From contig JANWZV010000003.1 in assembly GCA_025061805.1 (NCBI GenBank), positions 1 to 49,200 on the forward strand: a DNA stretch of 49,200 bases. Direction: 5' to 3'. The position numbers were made by a program, and so were the translations under genes. The notes under the pieces were generated by a model. The model saw nothing but the letters and a program-made list of their open reading frames with translations. It was not told the DNA's origin and made no database searches. This document shows, one piece after another, positions 17,858 through 27,526 of this stretch; the first letter of the stretch is position 1, and each line of letters begins with the position of its first letter. Source of the stretch: Candidatus Dojkabacteria bacterium. Lineage in GTDB: Bacteria; Patescibacteriota; Dojkabacteria; J137.

Positions 17858-19441
17858 TTAACCAATTTCTAATTCATTTTTAAATTTTTGCATTTCTTTA
17901 TCAAAATTATCATCAAAATTATCTATAAAAGAATTCAATATTTTTTCATCTTCAATATTATTTTCATTAAAAGAATTTTCTTTTTGCAAAATATAATACA
18001 CATAATCTTCAAAACATCGAGAGCGTAAACAAAAAGCTGCCCAATATCCAGTAGCGACAATATCATCATGAAAATTTTTTCCAACTCGAGCTTGAAATAT
18101 TCCAGTTTTTACTTCCTCAAAATAACTTAGCTCATTAATCATATCAGATGAATTAATAATTAATCTTTGTTTTTCTACATCATCTTTAAAATAAGTTAAA
18201 GCTAATGGTTTTGTTTTTATATTTGAATTAATTCCATACTCTTGACGATCATAATCATACCAAATATTTTCATAACCATCATCATAAAACAAATTATTTA
18301 CAATTGTGTGGCCCAAATTATTATTTTCAATGATAACCAATGCATTGTTATATCTTTTACAAATTTCCAAAATTTTATTTTTAAATTCAAAAATAGAAAT
18401 ATCATTTCTTCTAAAAATTGCAACTTGTTCATATTTTTGTTTATTTGACCAAAATGTAACATCAAAAACATTAGCTACATGAAAATCAGTATTTGATCCT
18501 TTAGCAACATCCACAGAGACAATATAAACATGCTTTTCTTCTGGTGGATTCCAAATATAAAAACCTTCTTCTGGAAAAAATCTTGGTTTTTTAGGATTCA
18601 ATGTTTCCAAAATATCACCATCAATAAGTGTATTTGATGATCCAGTAAATGAACATTCATGCTCTTGAGCAAATTTAACTTTTCCCATTGCAGCTAATTG
18701 TTCTTCTTTCCATTTTTGGTCTCTCTCAGGATGTTTATTCCAAGGAATTTTAGTAGCTTTCCAAAAATTATTTTCACCTCTAATAGCCATTTTCCAAAGT
18801 TCATAAAACTTTCCAGCAGCTCCATTTGGAGTTGAAACAATAATAATATTTCCACCAGTAGAAAGAGTTGGATAATTAGCAACCCAAAAATCTTCTGCTA
18901 TGTTCTCTGGGACGAAAGCAAATTCATCTAAAAATAATAAAGAAACTGATTCACCGCGAATTGCATCTGGATTTGTAGCTCTAGCAAAAATACGGCTTTC
19001 ATTTTCAAATTTAATTTCCAACTGATCATATTTTTTTACACCTAATTTTAACCAAGCTGGTAACCCTTCATATCCCTTTTTTATATCATCAATAATTGAA
19101 ATAGCTGTTGATTGTTTGTTAGCAAGAATTGCAATGTTTTTTGACTGATTAAATAAAGAAAACCAAAGAATATAAATTGCCGCACATGTTGTTTTTCCCA
19201 ACTGCCTTCCAGATAAAACAATATTATGTCTATAATGTGTAAAATTATATAATAATTCTTTTTGATAATCATATAATGAAATAATTTCTTCACCTCTAAT
19301 AGGATGAATAATTTTATAATATTTTTCAGCAAAATAAAAAATATTCTGTGAACATTTCGCCACTTCTTGAAGCATATGTGGAGTAAATTCAAATTTTCTT
19401 CCAGGTTTCAAAATATATTGATCATCATATTTAATTGGCAT
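17858..19441 (-). CDS. gp17: Terminase large subunit gp17
   Basis: LYDYQ adenine-binding motif, Walker A SGRQLGKTT, Walker B LLFLDEFAFV, STPNG coupling motif, nuclease SVDVAKG and HDDIV. Confidence 0.97.
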   Translation of the reverse strand: MPIKYDDQYILKPGRKFEFTPHMLQEVAKCSQNIFYFAEKYYKIIHPIRGEEIISLYDYQKELLYNFTHYRHNIVLSGRQLGKTTCAAIYILWFSLFNQSKNIAILANKQSTAISIIDDIKKGYEGLPAWLKLGVKKYDQLEIKFENESRIFARATNPDAIRGESVSLLFLDEFAFVPENIAEDFWVANYPTLSTGGNIIIVSTPNGAAGKFYELWKMAIRGENNFWKATKIPWNKHPERDQKWKEEQLAAMGKVKFAQEHECSFTGSSNTLIDGDILETLNPKKPRFFPEEGFYIWNPPEEKHVYIVSVDVAKGSNTDFHVANVFDVTFWSNKQKYEQVAIFRRNDISIFEFKNKILEICKRYNNALVIIENNNLGHTIVNNLFYDDGYENIWYDYDRQEYGINSNIKTKPLALTYFKDDVEKQRLIINSSDMINELSYFEEVKTGIFQARVGKNFHDDIVATGYWAAFCLRSRCFEDYVYYILQKENSFNENNIEDEKILNSFIDNFDDNFDKEMQKFKNELEIG

Positions 19442-19442
19442 T

Positions 19443-20096
19443 TCAGCTATCCTTATAATTTTGAACTTTAGTTGATTGATTTTCTAACTCATTTACATTT
19501 ATAGAATTTTGTTGCTGTATATTTTTAATTTCTTCTTGTTCTTGTTTTTTAGCTTCATTTTTTAAAACATTTAAGGCATCTGCCAATGATCCAATAACAA
19601 CTACATTGTTTGTTGTATTTGGATTTGAAATTTTTGCTAAATTTTGTTTTTTAATATCTAATTTTTCCTTTTCAATATCAATTTTCTTTTTTTCATTTTC
19701 AATTTCATTTAATTCTTTTAATGCATTAACAACCGAATTTAATAAAGCAGCCATACATTCACCCATTCTTCCACTTGGATCTAATAATAATTCTTCTTGC
19801 ATTTGTCTTAAAGAAACCATTCCTATAGAGGATAATTCTTTTAAAGATTCTTTAATAAATTCTTCATCACCTTTTTTATTTTTTATTTCATTTAATAATA
19901 AAGAAAATTTTTCAGCCTCTTTTTTTCTTTCTAAATATTTTTCTTTTTCCTCTTGTTCTTTTTTATCTATTGATTCCGATGGAATCGTTTTTGCTACATC
20001 AGAAAAAGATAATGGTTTTTCATCTTTTAGTTTCTCTTGTTGATTATCATCTATATCAAGAATTTTTTGAACTTTCTTTTTTGAAAATTTTGGCAT
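19443..20096 (-). CDS. gp16: Terminase small subunit gp16-like
   Basis: PSGRMGECMAALLNSVVNALKEL coiled coil and TTNNVVVIGSLADAL motif. Immediately upstream of gp17. Confidence 0.75.
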   Translation of the reverse strand: MPKFSKKKVQKILDIDDNQQEKLKDEKPLSFSDVAKTIPSESIDKKEQEEKEKYLERKKEAEKFSLLLNEIKNKKGDEEFIKESLKELSSIGMVSLRQMQEELLLDPSGRMGECMAALLNSVVNALKELNEIENEKKKIDIEKEKLDIKKQNLAKISNPNTTNNVVVIGSLADALNVLKNEAKKQEQEEIKNIQQQNSINVNELENQSTKVQNYKDS

Positions 20097-20098
20097 TT

Positions 20099-21100
20099 TT
20101 ATACCCCACTACTTCCATTATTTCCATTATTCTGATTATTTTCATTGTTATTATAAACATTTGGTGGAATATCATACAAATAATTAGTTTCTTCATGATG
20201 TGGAACTGGAATGTTTTTATTTCTTTGATCAATAAATCTTTTAGGATGAATATTATAAACTTTTGTAAAGTAGTCAATTTCTTCATCATCAAACTGCTTT
20301 TTATAATGTAAGATTTCTTTATCAAAATCCAAATAATTAAACTCACCATCATTATTTGTATCTTGACCAGTAATATTTGGAGGAATGAAAGTATTTACAA
20401 CATCTCCATCATATGTAAATTGATTATTTACACCAGCATTTTCATTTGCCACCAAAACAGTAACTCTTTTGATTGGTTTAGATGGTCTTTCATTTTGCGG
20501 TTTATAAAAATTACACTCCATTTTGAAACTCATATTTACTTGAATAATTCTTCTTTCTGTTTCAGAAATATCAGAAGCTATATTTGTACTCACAGATTCT
20601 AAAGTAACTTTAACTTGCCTTTCAGTACCTATTCCCCTTTCATACAATGATACTGGAGCTTCAGGATTAAAAAATGGTAATATATTTTCAAGAAGTTGAG
20701 CTGCATCATCCATATATTTTGTCCAAATTACAACTTCAAAATCTAAATCATATGGAACTGTTTGCATATCACTAATAATGCGTGGGTTATTAGGATCTTC
20801 ATAATCAATTAATAATTTTCTTTTTTCTCTTAAACCTCTTTGTCTTTCTGCATTTCGTGATATTCCTTTCCATTGAATGGAAATTAATGGTAAATAATTT
20901 GGAGCATCAACATCTGGTGTTTTAGGATCTTTAAGCAACATTGAAACAACTTTTTCTCTTGTTGCTAACAAAACAGGAACTGGCTTCCAACCTATTGCTT
21001 TTCCATCTTTATCATAAACAATAACACTCATTTCATTAAATATATCAGCAAAAGCTGCGACATGTGTCCATAAAACTTTGTTGTAAAAATAATTATACAT
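20099..21100 (-). CDS. gp15: Tail sheath stabilizer / tail terminator gp15
   Basis: YFYNK...AFADIFN, VPVLLATREK, LPLISI, VPYDLDFEVVIWTKYMDDAAQLLENILPFFNP. Confidence 0.92.
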   Translation of the reverse strand: MYNYFYNKVLWTHVAAFADIFNEMSVIVYDKDGKAIGWKPVPVLLATREKVVSMLLKDPKTPDVDAPNYLPLISIQWKGISRNAERQRGLREKRKLLIDYEDPNNPRIISDMQTVPYDLDFEVVIWTKYMDDAAQLLENILPFFNPEAPVSLYERGIGTERQVKVTLESVSTNIASDISETERRIIQVNMSFKMECNFYKPQNERPSKPIKRVTVLVANENAGVNNQFTYDGDVVNTFIPPNITGQDTNNDGEFNYLDFDKEILHYKKQFDDEEIDYFTKVYNIHPKRFIDQRNKNIPVPHHEETNYLYDIPPNVYNNNENNQNNGNNGSSGV

Positions 21101-21125
21101 AATACCTCTCTATTATATCATATAT

Positions 21126-22304
21126 TTAAACTCTTTCATAATACACAGTAATATAATGTGTTTCATCACAAAAATTAAATTTATAAACATAACTATTTTT
21201 TGTTGTACCATGTAAAGAAACTGGTATTGATGAAGGACATGATATTCCATTTGTAGTAACTTGAATAGTAAATATTAATTTATTTGTAACTTTTCCATCT
21301 GTAATATTTTTACTTAAAAATTCATTAAAAGAATCTTTCTGAAATAATAAATCAAAATATACATTTTGATCGGAATTATTTTTATAATAAAATCTTACAT
21401 TTAAATCACAATTACAATTTTTCTTTGTTATATTTACATCAACTTTTTTTAATTTATAATTTACTTGTGTTTCTTCTAATAATTCTTCTAAAGTTTTTTC
21501 CCCTTCTTCACCAAAACATAGATCTTTAAATTTATAAGAACTTAAACACTCTCTCAATAATGAAACTTGTAAAACTCCTTCTGGAAGTAAATCATTCATG
21601 TTTTCAAAAACTAATCCATCTCTCCAATTAATCCATTTATCTCTTTGAAAAACCGCAATACTTTTATCAACTTCAATATCACGAAGTTCATATAATTTTC
21701 CATATTTACTATATTCTGGAAATTGATAATCTTGACCACTTTTCTTTATTACAGACTTAGAATTTGCTTCTGATTGAATATTATCATGTACTTCACTTAA
21801 ATTGTAAACTATTTTCAAAAAATCATCTCTTAATACATTTTTTATTTCACCGTTATCCTTTTGATTTGTTCCCCACCAATATGACATAAAATTTGAATAG
21901 ATAACTAATGAACCATCTGATGTTAACTTTTTTACATTATAATCTAAATTAATTGGTTTATTTTCATTATTTTTTCTTTCTTGAATAATATTTCTTTTTT
22001 CATAAGATATGTTTTCTAAATTTATTTCATTTAATGGTTTATTTCTAATAGAATAAAATGTTCCTATATCTCTCACATCAAAAAATTTTTGATCAATAAA
22101 AATATATGGATCATCAACTGTCCACATATCCATTCTAATATTTTTCCCAGGAACTATAGAAGCAAAAAACAAATTTGTAAAACAAGCTAAATCATATTCT
22201 TGTTTTTTAGAATATGAAACATTTCCTTCATTATCAATATTTCCTATAAAAAAATAGGATTTAACAGCTCCTAAATTAGTTGGAAAATAAAAAATATTAC
22301 TCAT
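21126..22304 (-). CDS. Hypothetical protein (392 aa) inserted between the neck genes gp14 and gp15
   Basis: Long ORF tightly coupled to gp14. No recognised motif. Confidence 0.75.
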   Translation of the reverse strand: MSNIFYFPTNLGAVKSYFFIGNIDNEGNVSYSKKQEYDLACFTNLFFASIVPGKNIRMDMWTVDDPYIFIDQKFFDVRDIGTFYSIRNKPLNEINLENISYEKRNIIQERKNNENKPINLDYNVKKLTSDGSLVIYSNFMSYWWGTNQKDNGEIKNVLRDDFLKIVYNLSEVHDNIQSEANSKSVIKKSGQDYQFPEYSKYGKLYELRDIEVDKSIAVFQRDKWINWRDGLVFENMNDLLPEGVLQVSLLRECLSSYKFKDLCFGEEGEKTLEELLEETQVNYKLKKVDVNITKKNCNCDLNVRFYYKNNSDQNVYFDLLFQKDSFNEFLSKNITDGKVTNKLIFTIQVTTNGISCPSSIPVSLHGTTKNSYVYKFNFCDETHYITVYYERV

Positions 22305-22306
22305 GA

Positions 22307-23089
22307 CTACCAGTTACCCCAATCAGGTTTTAATTTTCCACTTCTACTAATAATTCCTCTTCCACCAGGTAATTTAACAACACCATTTTCATCAACACCA
22401 TCTGCAACTTCTTGAATTTCTTTATTATCACTTGCATAAGAATATTTTCTTTTCTTCTTTGTAAGACCTGGAATTTTATATTTTTCTCTAATTTCACCCC
22501 CAGGAGTAAGCAAATCTGGTGGAGAATTTGGTAAAACATTTCCTTCGCTATCAACATGACCATATCTTTCACCATCACCAATTTCAGGAGCAGAAATTTC
22601 TCTTTCACGACAATTAACAGTATAAACTGTTCTATGCCCAAAATAATTTCCTTTTACACCAAGAGAAGATTCTGTTACATGAGTTGCTTCAAAAACATGC
22701 TGGGACAAATTATTCATAAAAGAAAATTGATCACCAATAATTGGTTTTCTACCAACAGTTTCAACAAATGTTTTTATATGTAAATGAATAGTAAATTCAA
22801 TTTTATGTAACATTCCAAAATTATTAAAAATAACATTTTCTTGAACACTATCACCTTCAATAAGAGCAGTTACTAAATACTTTTTTATAAATTTTTTTGT
22901 TGGATCTTCTCCAAAAATTCTTTTTTGTGGATCCTCAACATCAATTTCAACTGGATACCACTCACAAGGAATTCCATAAATACCAAAAATTTCTGATGTA
23001 ATATCCTCATAAAATTCTATTTCAGATGCATTATAGATAGCACCCTTATATTGATCCCAAAATTGCTTTTGTTGAAATGGATCTGGCAT
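22307..23089 (-). CDS. gp14: Neck protein gp14 (head closure)
   Basis: EIFGIYGIPCEWYP, IFGEDPTKKF, FNNFGM, KPIIGD, DNKEIQEVAD. Confidence 0.88.
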   Translation of the reverse strand: MPDPFQQKQFWDQYKGAIYNASEIEFYEDITSEIFGIYGIPCEWYPVEIDVEDPQKRIFGEDPTKKFIKKYLVTALIEGDSVQENVIFNNFGMLHKIEFTIHLHIKTFVETVGRKPIIGDQFSFMNNLSQHVFEATHVTESSLGVKGNYFGHRTVYTVNCREREISAPEIGDGERYGHVDSEGNVLPNSPPDLLTPGGEIREKYKIPGLTKKKRKYSYASDNKEIQEVADGVDENGVVKLPGGRGIISRSGKLKPDWGNW

Positions 23090-23100
23090 ATATTATTCTC

Positions 23101-24057
23101 TTATGCGAAATAGAATCTTGGTGGATAATTATATGCATTATTCTTTAATTCTTCTTCAAGTTTTTCTTTTTCTTCTTTTCCTTCTCTAATATAAAATTCA
23201 CCATTTACAGTTGCACCACCAACAAATGTTATTCCTGTATACTTAGAAACATTGTAACCACATTGAATTTTGCATAATGCCGCAATATAACGACGAATCC
23301 AAATATTTCCATATAAATGCTCATCAGCAGTTCTTACCCATACTGGTAATAATACAAATCCCTGTGCTTTTGGAGCTGGAGAAAGGCGAATTTTTTTACT
23401 TTCTTCTAAAAATTGAACATCCATTTTAATAGTATATCTTTGACGAATTAATTCAAGATATTGAAGACCTAATTCATAACCAATCAAATCAGCACCACCA
23501 CCAGCACCCCTTGTTCCTTCACCACCTCGAGAACCAAATGAATTAAATAGTCCAAAACTTCCAGGAGTCCAAAGAGATGTTCCAGTAACACCATAACCAG
23601 CACCTTGAAGTCCAGCAATTCCAGTTGCTGTAAGCCCCAAGCTTGTTAAATTAAATGCTCTTTCTAAAATAGGTTCAGTGACATAACCAATTCCAGAACG
23701 AAATACTGACATAATATCACCAACAGCAACAACATTTTTAGGTAATTGGTATTCTTGTTTATAAACTAAAAATGGTACTGTTTGTTCATCTTTACACAAA
23801 TGTGAAGTATCTTCATATTCTTTTGTTTGAAATACTAATTTATTATCTTCTGTAATTTGTGTATATTCAACTGGTTTAGTTTCAATTAGAACATAATCTT
23901 CTTCATGTCCAGTACCACCAGCATGTAATGTGTAATAATCAATAGCATCATCAATAATATTATTAATTTGTTCCTCAGTAATTGGTGGTCGAACAGCTGG
24001 GGAACCTAAAGCCTTATAAATCCAATCAATTAATGCAGCTCTTGTTTGTATTTTCAT
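23101..24057 (-). CDS. gp13: Neck protein gp13 (head-tail adaptor)
   Basis: LIDWIYKALGSP...ITEEQINNIIDDAIDYY and WIRRYIAALCKIQCGYNVSKYTGITFVGGATVNG. Confidence 0.92.
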   Translation of the reverse strand: MKIQTRAALIDWIYKALGSPAVRPPITEEQINNIIDDAIDYYTLHAGGTGHEEDYVLIETKPVEYTQITEDNKLVFQTKEYEDTSHLCKDEQTVPFLVYKQEYQLPKNVVAVGDIMSVFRSGIGYVTEPILERAFNLTSLGLTATGIAGLQGAGYGVTGTSLWTPGSFGLFNSFGSRGGEGTRGAGGGADLIGYELGLQYLELIRQRYTIKMDVQFLEESKKIRLSPAPKAQGFVLLPVWVRTADEHLYGNIWIRRYIAALCKIQCGYNVSKYTGITFVGGATVNGEFYIREGKEEKEKLEEELKNNAYNYPPRFYFA

Positions 24058-24064
24058 TTACAAT

Positions 24065-24072
24065 TATTTATA
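24065..24072 (-). promoter_or_regulatory. T4-type late promoter TATAAATA
   Basis: Exact consensus 7 nt upstream of the gp13 ATG. Confidence 0.6.
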
Positions 24073-24101
24073 TTTTTAAATATAAAAATAAAAAATTTAA
24101 A

Positions 24102-24770
24102 TTAATTTATTTTTTCTAATAATGATAGTAAAAGTTTATACATTTCTGTTTTATTATTCTTTATATTTGAAATGTCAATTTGACATTTTTCAAATATATT
24201 TATTAATTCTTTTTTATTTAAAGAGTATATTTCCTTTTTTGACTTTGTTTTTAACTCAGATAAATATTTTATCACTTCTTCAGATAAAAAATATTCTTTT
24301 GAAAAATTATTATTCTCTAAATTAGTATTTTCAGTACATGTAATTTCTATTTGTATATTTTTTGATATAACATTTTTTTCTTCATCCATTATAAATGAAT
24401 TATTTTGTGTATTTTTATCTTTTTCATTATTTTGATTAATTATTTGATTTTCTTCAACTTTTTCAGATTTTTCTAATTTTTCTGTTTCTTTTGTATTTTC
24501 TACTTGTTTTATTTGTTCTGCTTGTTGTATTTGTTCTGTTTGTTGTATTTGTTTTTCTTCACCTTGAAAAATATTATTTTTAGTTTCTGTGTCATTTATT
24601 AAAATATTTTTTTCATTTTCTAAAAATCTTATAAATTTAATTCCTGGAAGACCATTTACAATTTCATAGTAATGAATAAACATTTGTCCTTGTTTTATTT
24701 TTGTTGGAACTTCATCAATTTTTAATGTTATAATACCGGGGGAAATTTTTTCAAATAAAGCTTTTCTCAT
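24102..24770 (-). CDS. Hypothetical protein with Q/E/N-rich linker and a possible C-terminal HeH/Rho-N-like helical domain
   Basis: 222 aa with an AGGAG SD, a short QIQQTE/QIQQAE repeat and C-terminal LNKKELINIFEKCQIDISNIKNNKTEMYKLL. Confidence 0.7.
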   Translation of the reverse strand: MRKALFEKISPGIITLKIDEVPTKIKQGQMFIHYYEIVNGLPGIKFIRFLENEKNILINDTETKNNIFQGEEKQIQQTEQIQQAEQIKQVENTKETEKLEKSEKVEENQIINQNNEKDKNTQNNSFIMDEEKNVISKNIQIEITCTENTNLENNNFSKEYFLSEEVIKYLSELKTKSKKEIYSLNKKELINIFEKCQIDISNIKNNKTEMYKLLLSLLEKIN

Positions 24771-24840
24771 ATATTACTCCTAGAAACATTTTAAAAAAAA
24801 TAATTTTTTTTTAAAATGAATAATAAACAAGAAAGAAATT

Positions 24841-25635
24841 ATGAACAAAAAAATTCTTATTATAATTCCATTCAAATTTAAAGAATTAAGTAGAAAAAGA
24901 AATTTGTGGTATGTTTTACAAAATTTAACTCATTTTTTTAAAAATGAAAACACAATTAAAATTTCTCTTATAGAACAAGATACTCAAGCAAAAATAGAAC
25001 AAGAGTTAAAAAAAGATTTTCCAGAAATTTATTATGATTTTATATATAATCCATTGCCATTTAATAGATCATGGGCTTTTAATGTAAGTATTAATAAATA
25101 TAAAAAAGATTTTAATTATTTTGTTTTTTCTGATGCTGATGTTCTTATGCCAAAAGAAAATTATTATAAATTTTTAAATTTAATTGAAGAAAACAAAGTT
25201 ATTTTTAAACCTGTACCAGCATTAGATATTAATCAAAAAACAACAGAATTTATAATACAAAATTTTCCAATTTTTGAAAGTGAAAAGATAAAAAAATTAA
25301 ATATTCCCCAAAGTCAAAGATCCTTTTATAAAAGTGCTGGTATAATTTGTGCTACAAGTTTAAATATCCTAGAAAAAATTGGTGGTTGGGATGAAAGAAT
25401 GATTGGATGGGGTAGAGAAGATGATGCATTTTTCCAAGATATTTTAAACTTCAAAATCCCATATATTTTTCCAGAAATGAATTCATATCACTTATATCAT
25501 GAACCAAGCAGTGAAGTAAATAGTAGATTATTAGAAAGAAATACAATGTTTTTAAAAGAACATATTCACCCAAGAACATATAATCTTCTTAATTTAAGTA
25601 AAAAAGGAGATCCTGAAAAATATAAAAATTATTAA
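24841..25635 (+). CDS. Glycosyltransferase, GT-A fold (GT2/GT7 galactosyltransferase-like)
   Basis: IIIPFK, EQD, PFNRSWAFN, DxD motif FSDADV, IGGWDERMIGWGREDD, YHLYH. Confidence 0.9.
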   Translation: MNKKILIIIPFKFKELSRKRNLWYVLQNLTHFFKNENTIKISLIEQDTQAKIEQELKKDFPEIYYDFIYNPLPFNRSWAFNVSINKYKKDFNYFVFSDADVLMPKENYYKFLNLIEENKVIFKPVPALDINQKTTEFIIQNFPIFESEKIKKLNIPQSQRSFYKSAGIICATSLNILEKIGGWDERMIGWGREDDAFFQDILNFKIPYIFPEMNSYHLYHEPSSEVNSRLLERNTMFLKEHIHPRTYNLLNLSKKGDPEKYKNY

Positions 25636-25952
25636 ACTATTGGAAATTTATTTTTTAATTCCATACATTCATGTAAATGTTTTTTAGCTTTTTCAATGGC
25701 AAATTCTTTCTTTTGTTCTGGAATAACTCCAGATTCTAATAATGAAATTTCTTCTTTTACTTTTTCATATTCTTCTTCAAGTTCATCTCTTCTTTTTCTC
25801 ATAGCTGCTAATGACTGAATATCACTATGAATTCCAATCATAGATTCCATTCGAAGAGTTAAAAGAACAATTCCTTTTTCTAATTCTTCTAATTCTTTTT
25901 TTCTATTTTCTAACATATATTTAATAAGTTTTTCTTTTTCAGATCTATCCAT
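25632..25952 (-). CDS. Small coiled-coil hypothetical protein
   Basis: 106 aa, E/K-rich heptads, AAGGAG SD. Confidence 0.7.
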   Translation of the reverse strand: MDRSEKEKLIKYMLENRKKELEELEKGIVLLTLRMESMIGIHSDIQSLAAMRKRRDELEEEYEKVKEEISLLESGVIPEQKKEFAIEKAKKHLHECMELKNKFPIV

Positions 25953-26003
25953 ATTAAATACTCCTTTGTATATTACATTATATTAATTTTTTATAAATTT
26001 AAT

Positions 26004-26035
26004 AAAAAAAAACAGGACCCATTTCTGGGTCCTGT
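26004..26035 (-). terminator. Rho-independent terminator after the major capsid gene
   Basis: Minus strand ACAGGACCCA-GAAA-TGGGTCCTGT followed by a T run: a perfect 10-bp stem with a GAAA tetraloop. Confidence 0.92.
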
Positions 26036-26073
26036 AGTATAAACTTTAAACAATTTGGAAAAAATGTTTATTA

Positions 26074-27465
26074 TTATACTGATCCGGCTAATGATGAGCT
26101 GGAAAGACCGCGAACATCAATGTATCTATAATAGTTTTCAGCACCAAACAAATTATTGCAGAGACCATAACGAGTCATAACGCCGATTCTTGGATTGAAT
26201 GAATCCTGACCGACGGCCTCAAGGAATTGAATTGGAACATATGGGAGATAAATGATACCAGCATCAGCATCATCTCTACCCTTATATCCAACAACAGCAT
26301 AATCATTAGTAGCAAACATATCACGATAGACAGTGAAACGACCGATTGTTCCAACCTTAGCAACACCAGAAACTTCAGTGGCCAAGTTAGTAGCAACTGA
26401 AGAGAGAGCAAATTGCTCAAGAGCTTCAATAGCAGCAACAACACCTGGAGAAGCAAGAATAAAGTTACCAGCTCCTCTACGGGTTGCTACAGCAATTTCA
26501 TTAGAAGCCTTGAGGAAAACAGTATACAAAGTTCTGAACTTCTCTTGCTCCCAACGACCATCGGCACCACCAAAGTTAGAAGAATTATAGTCCCAAACAA
26601 GAACACCACCTACTTGAGCAAGTGCAATAATGTTGGCTTTTACTTCAGCATCAATTTCAGCGGCAATCTCATATGCAAGAAGATCGCTTAATTGTGCTGC
26701 AAGATCAACATTATGCATGTTCTTGAGGTCTTGCTGAGCTTCATGTGACCAGCGGGCTGCGAGTTTTCTAGTCTTGGCTTCAACTGTTTGGCGCTCAACT
26801 GAAAGGCCCATATAACGAATTCTATCCATTTCAGCAACGCCATTCCAGTGGAGTTCACCAAGACCCTCAGCATCACCTGTGCGATAGCCTCCACGAGGAA
26901 CAAGTCCACCTGGAACGCCACAGTCATTATAAGTACCATCGCCACCCTTTACTCTACCATTATCAACAACATTTGGCCAAGTAGCAATAAAATCAGCTGA
27001 TGTTGGTGTTGAAGTAGCAGTAACTGGATACCCACCTGAATAAAGAGCTTCTACTGTATTATATCCAGCTTCTTTGCCGGGGAATCCAGGTTTACCATTG
27101 AACTCACTCTGATAACGATAACGCAAAGCATAAGCAAGACCAACTGGTGTAAACATTGGCTGTACACCAACAAGATCATTTGTAACTAACTCAGGGAAAA
27201 CACGAGCGACAAGTGGCATTGCAATAGCCTGGAATCTTGCAATACCAGATGTCTGCCCAACATTGGAGGCGTTGGGGTGAGCTACTGCTGAATAAGTAGC
27301 ACCACCAGCAGAAGATGGGGCTTCTGTCAATAGGCCTTTGAAATATCTATTTTCCTGCTCAAGAAGCTGAGCTGTAATCTCTGCTTTGCGATCATCGCGA
27401 ATATGCTCTACAAGTGGTCTCCACTTTCTTACTAGAGCTTCTCTGATTGAATCCTGAAGTGCCAT
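26074..27465 (-). CDS. gp23: Major capsid protein gp23
   Basis: KWRPL, VGVQPMFTPVGLAYALRYRY, VEAKTRKLAARWSHEAQQDLKNMH, EIAAEID, TRRGAGNF, YLPYVP, SFNPRIGVMTRYG. Higher GC and codon bias of a highly expressed gene. Confidence 0.98.
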   Translation of the reverse strand: MALQDSIREALVRKWRPLVEHIRDDRKAEITAQLLEQENRYFKGLLTEAPSSAGGATYSAVAHPNASNVGQTSGIARFQAIAMPLVARVFPELVTNDLVGVQPMFTPVGLAYALRYRYQSEFNGKPGFPGKEAGYNTVEALYSGGYPVTATSTPTSADFIATWPNVVDNGRVKGGDGTYNDCGVPGGLVPRGGYRTGDAEGLGELHWNGVAEMDRIRYMGLSVERQTVEAKTRKLAARWSHEAQQDLKNMHNVDLAAQLSDLLAYEIAAEIDAEVKANIIALAQVGGVLVWDYNSSNFGGADGRWEQEKFRTLYTVFLKASNEIAVATRRGAGNFILASPGVVAAIEALEQFALSSVATNLATEVSGVAKVGTIGRFTVYRDMFATNDYAVVGYKGRDDADAGIIYLPYVPIQFLEAVGQDSFNPRIGVMTRYGLCNNLFGAENYYRYIDVRGLSSSSLAGSV

Positions 27466-27518
27466 AGCTGTTTCCTTTCTGATTGGTTAAGAGGTTAATG
27501 AATTTTTATTACATAATA

Positions 27519-27526
27519 TATTTATA
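27519..27526 (-). promoter_or_regulatory. T4-type late promoter TATAAATA
   Basis: Exact consensus overlapping the gp22 stop, upstream of gp23. Confidence 0.65.

Noticed and set aside
24511-24555. 18-nt tandem repeat encoding QIQQ(T/A)E
   Set aside because: Only about 2.5 copies in a disordered linker, consistent with ordinary slippage.
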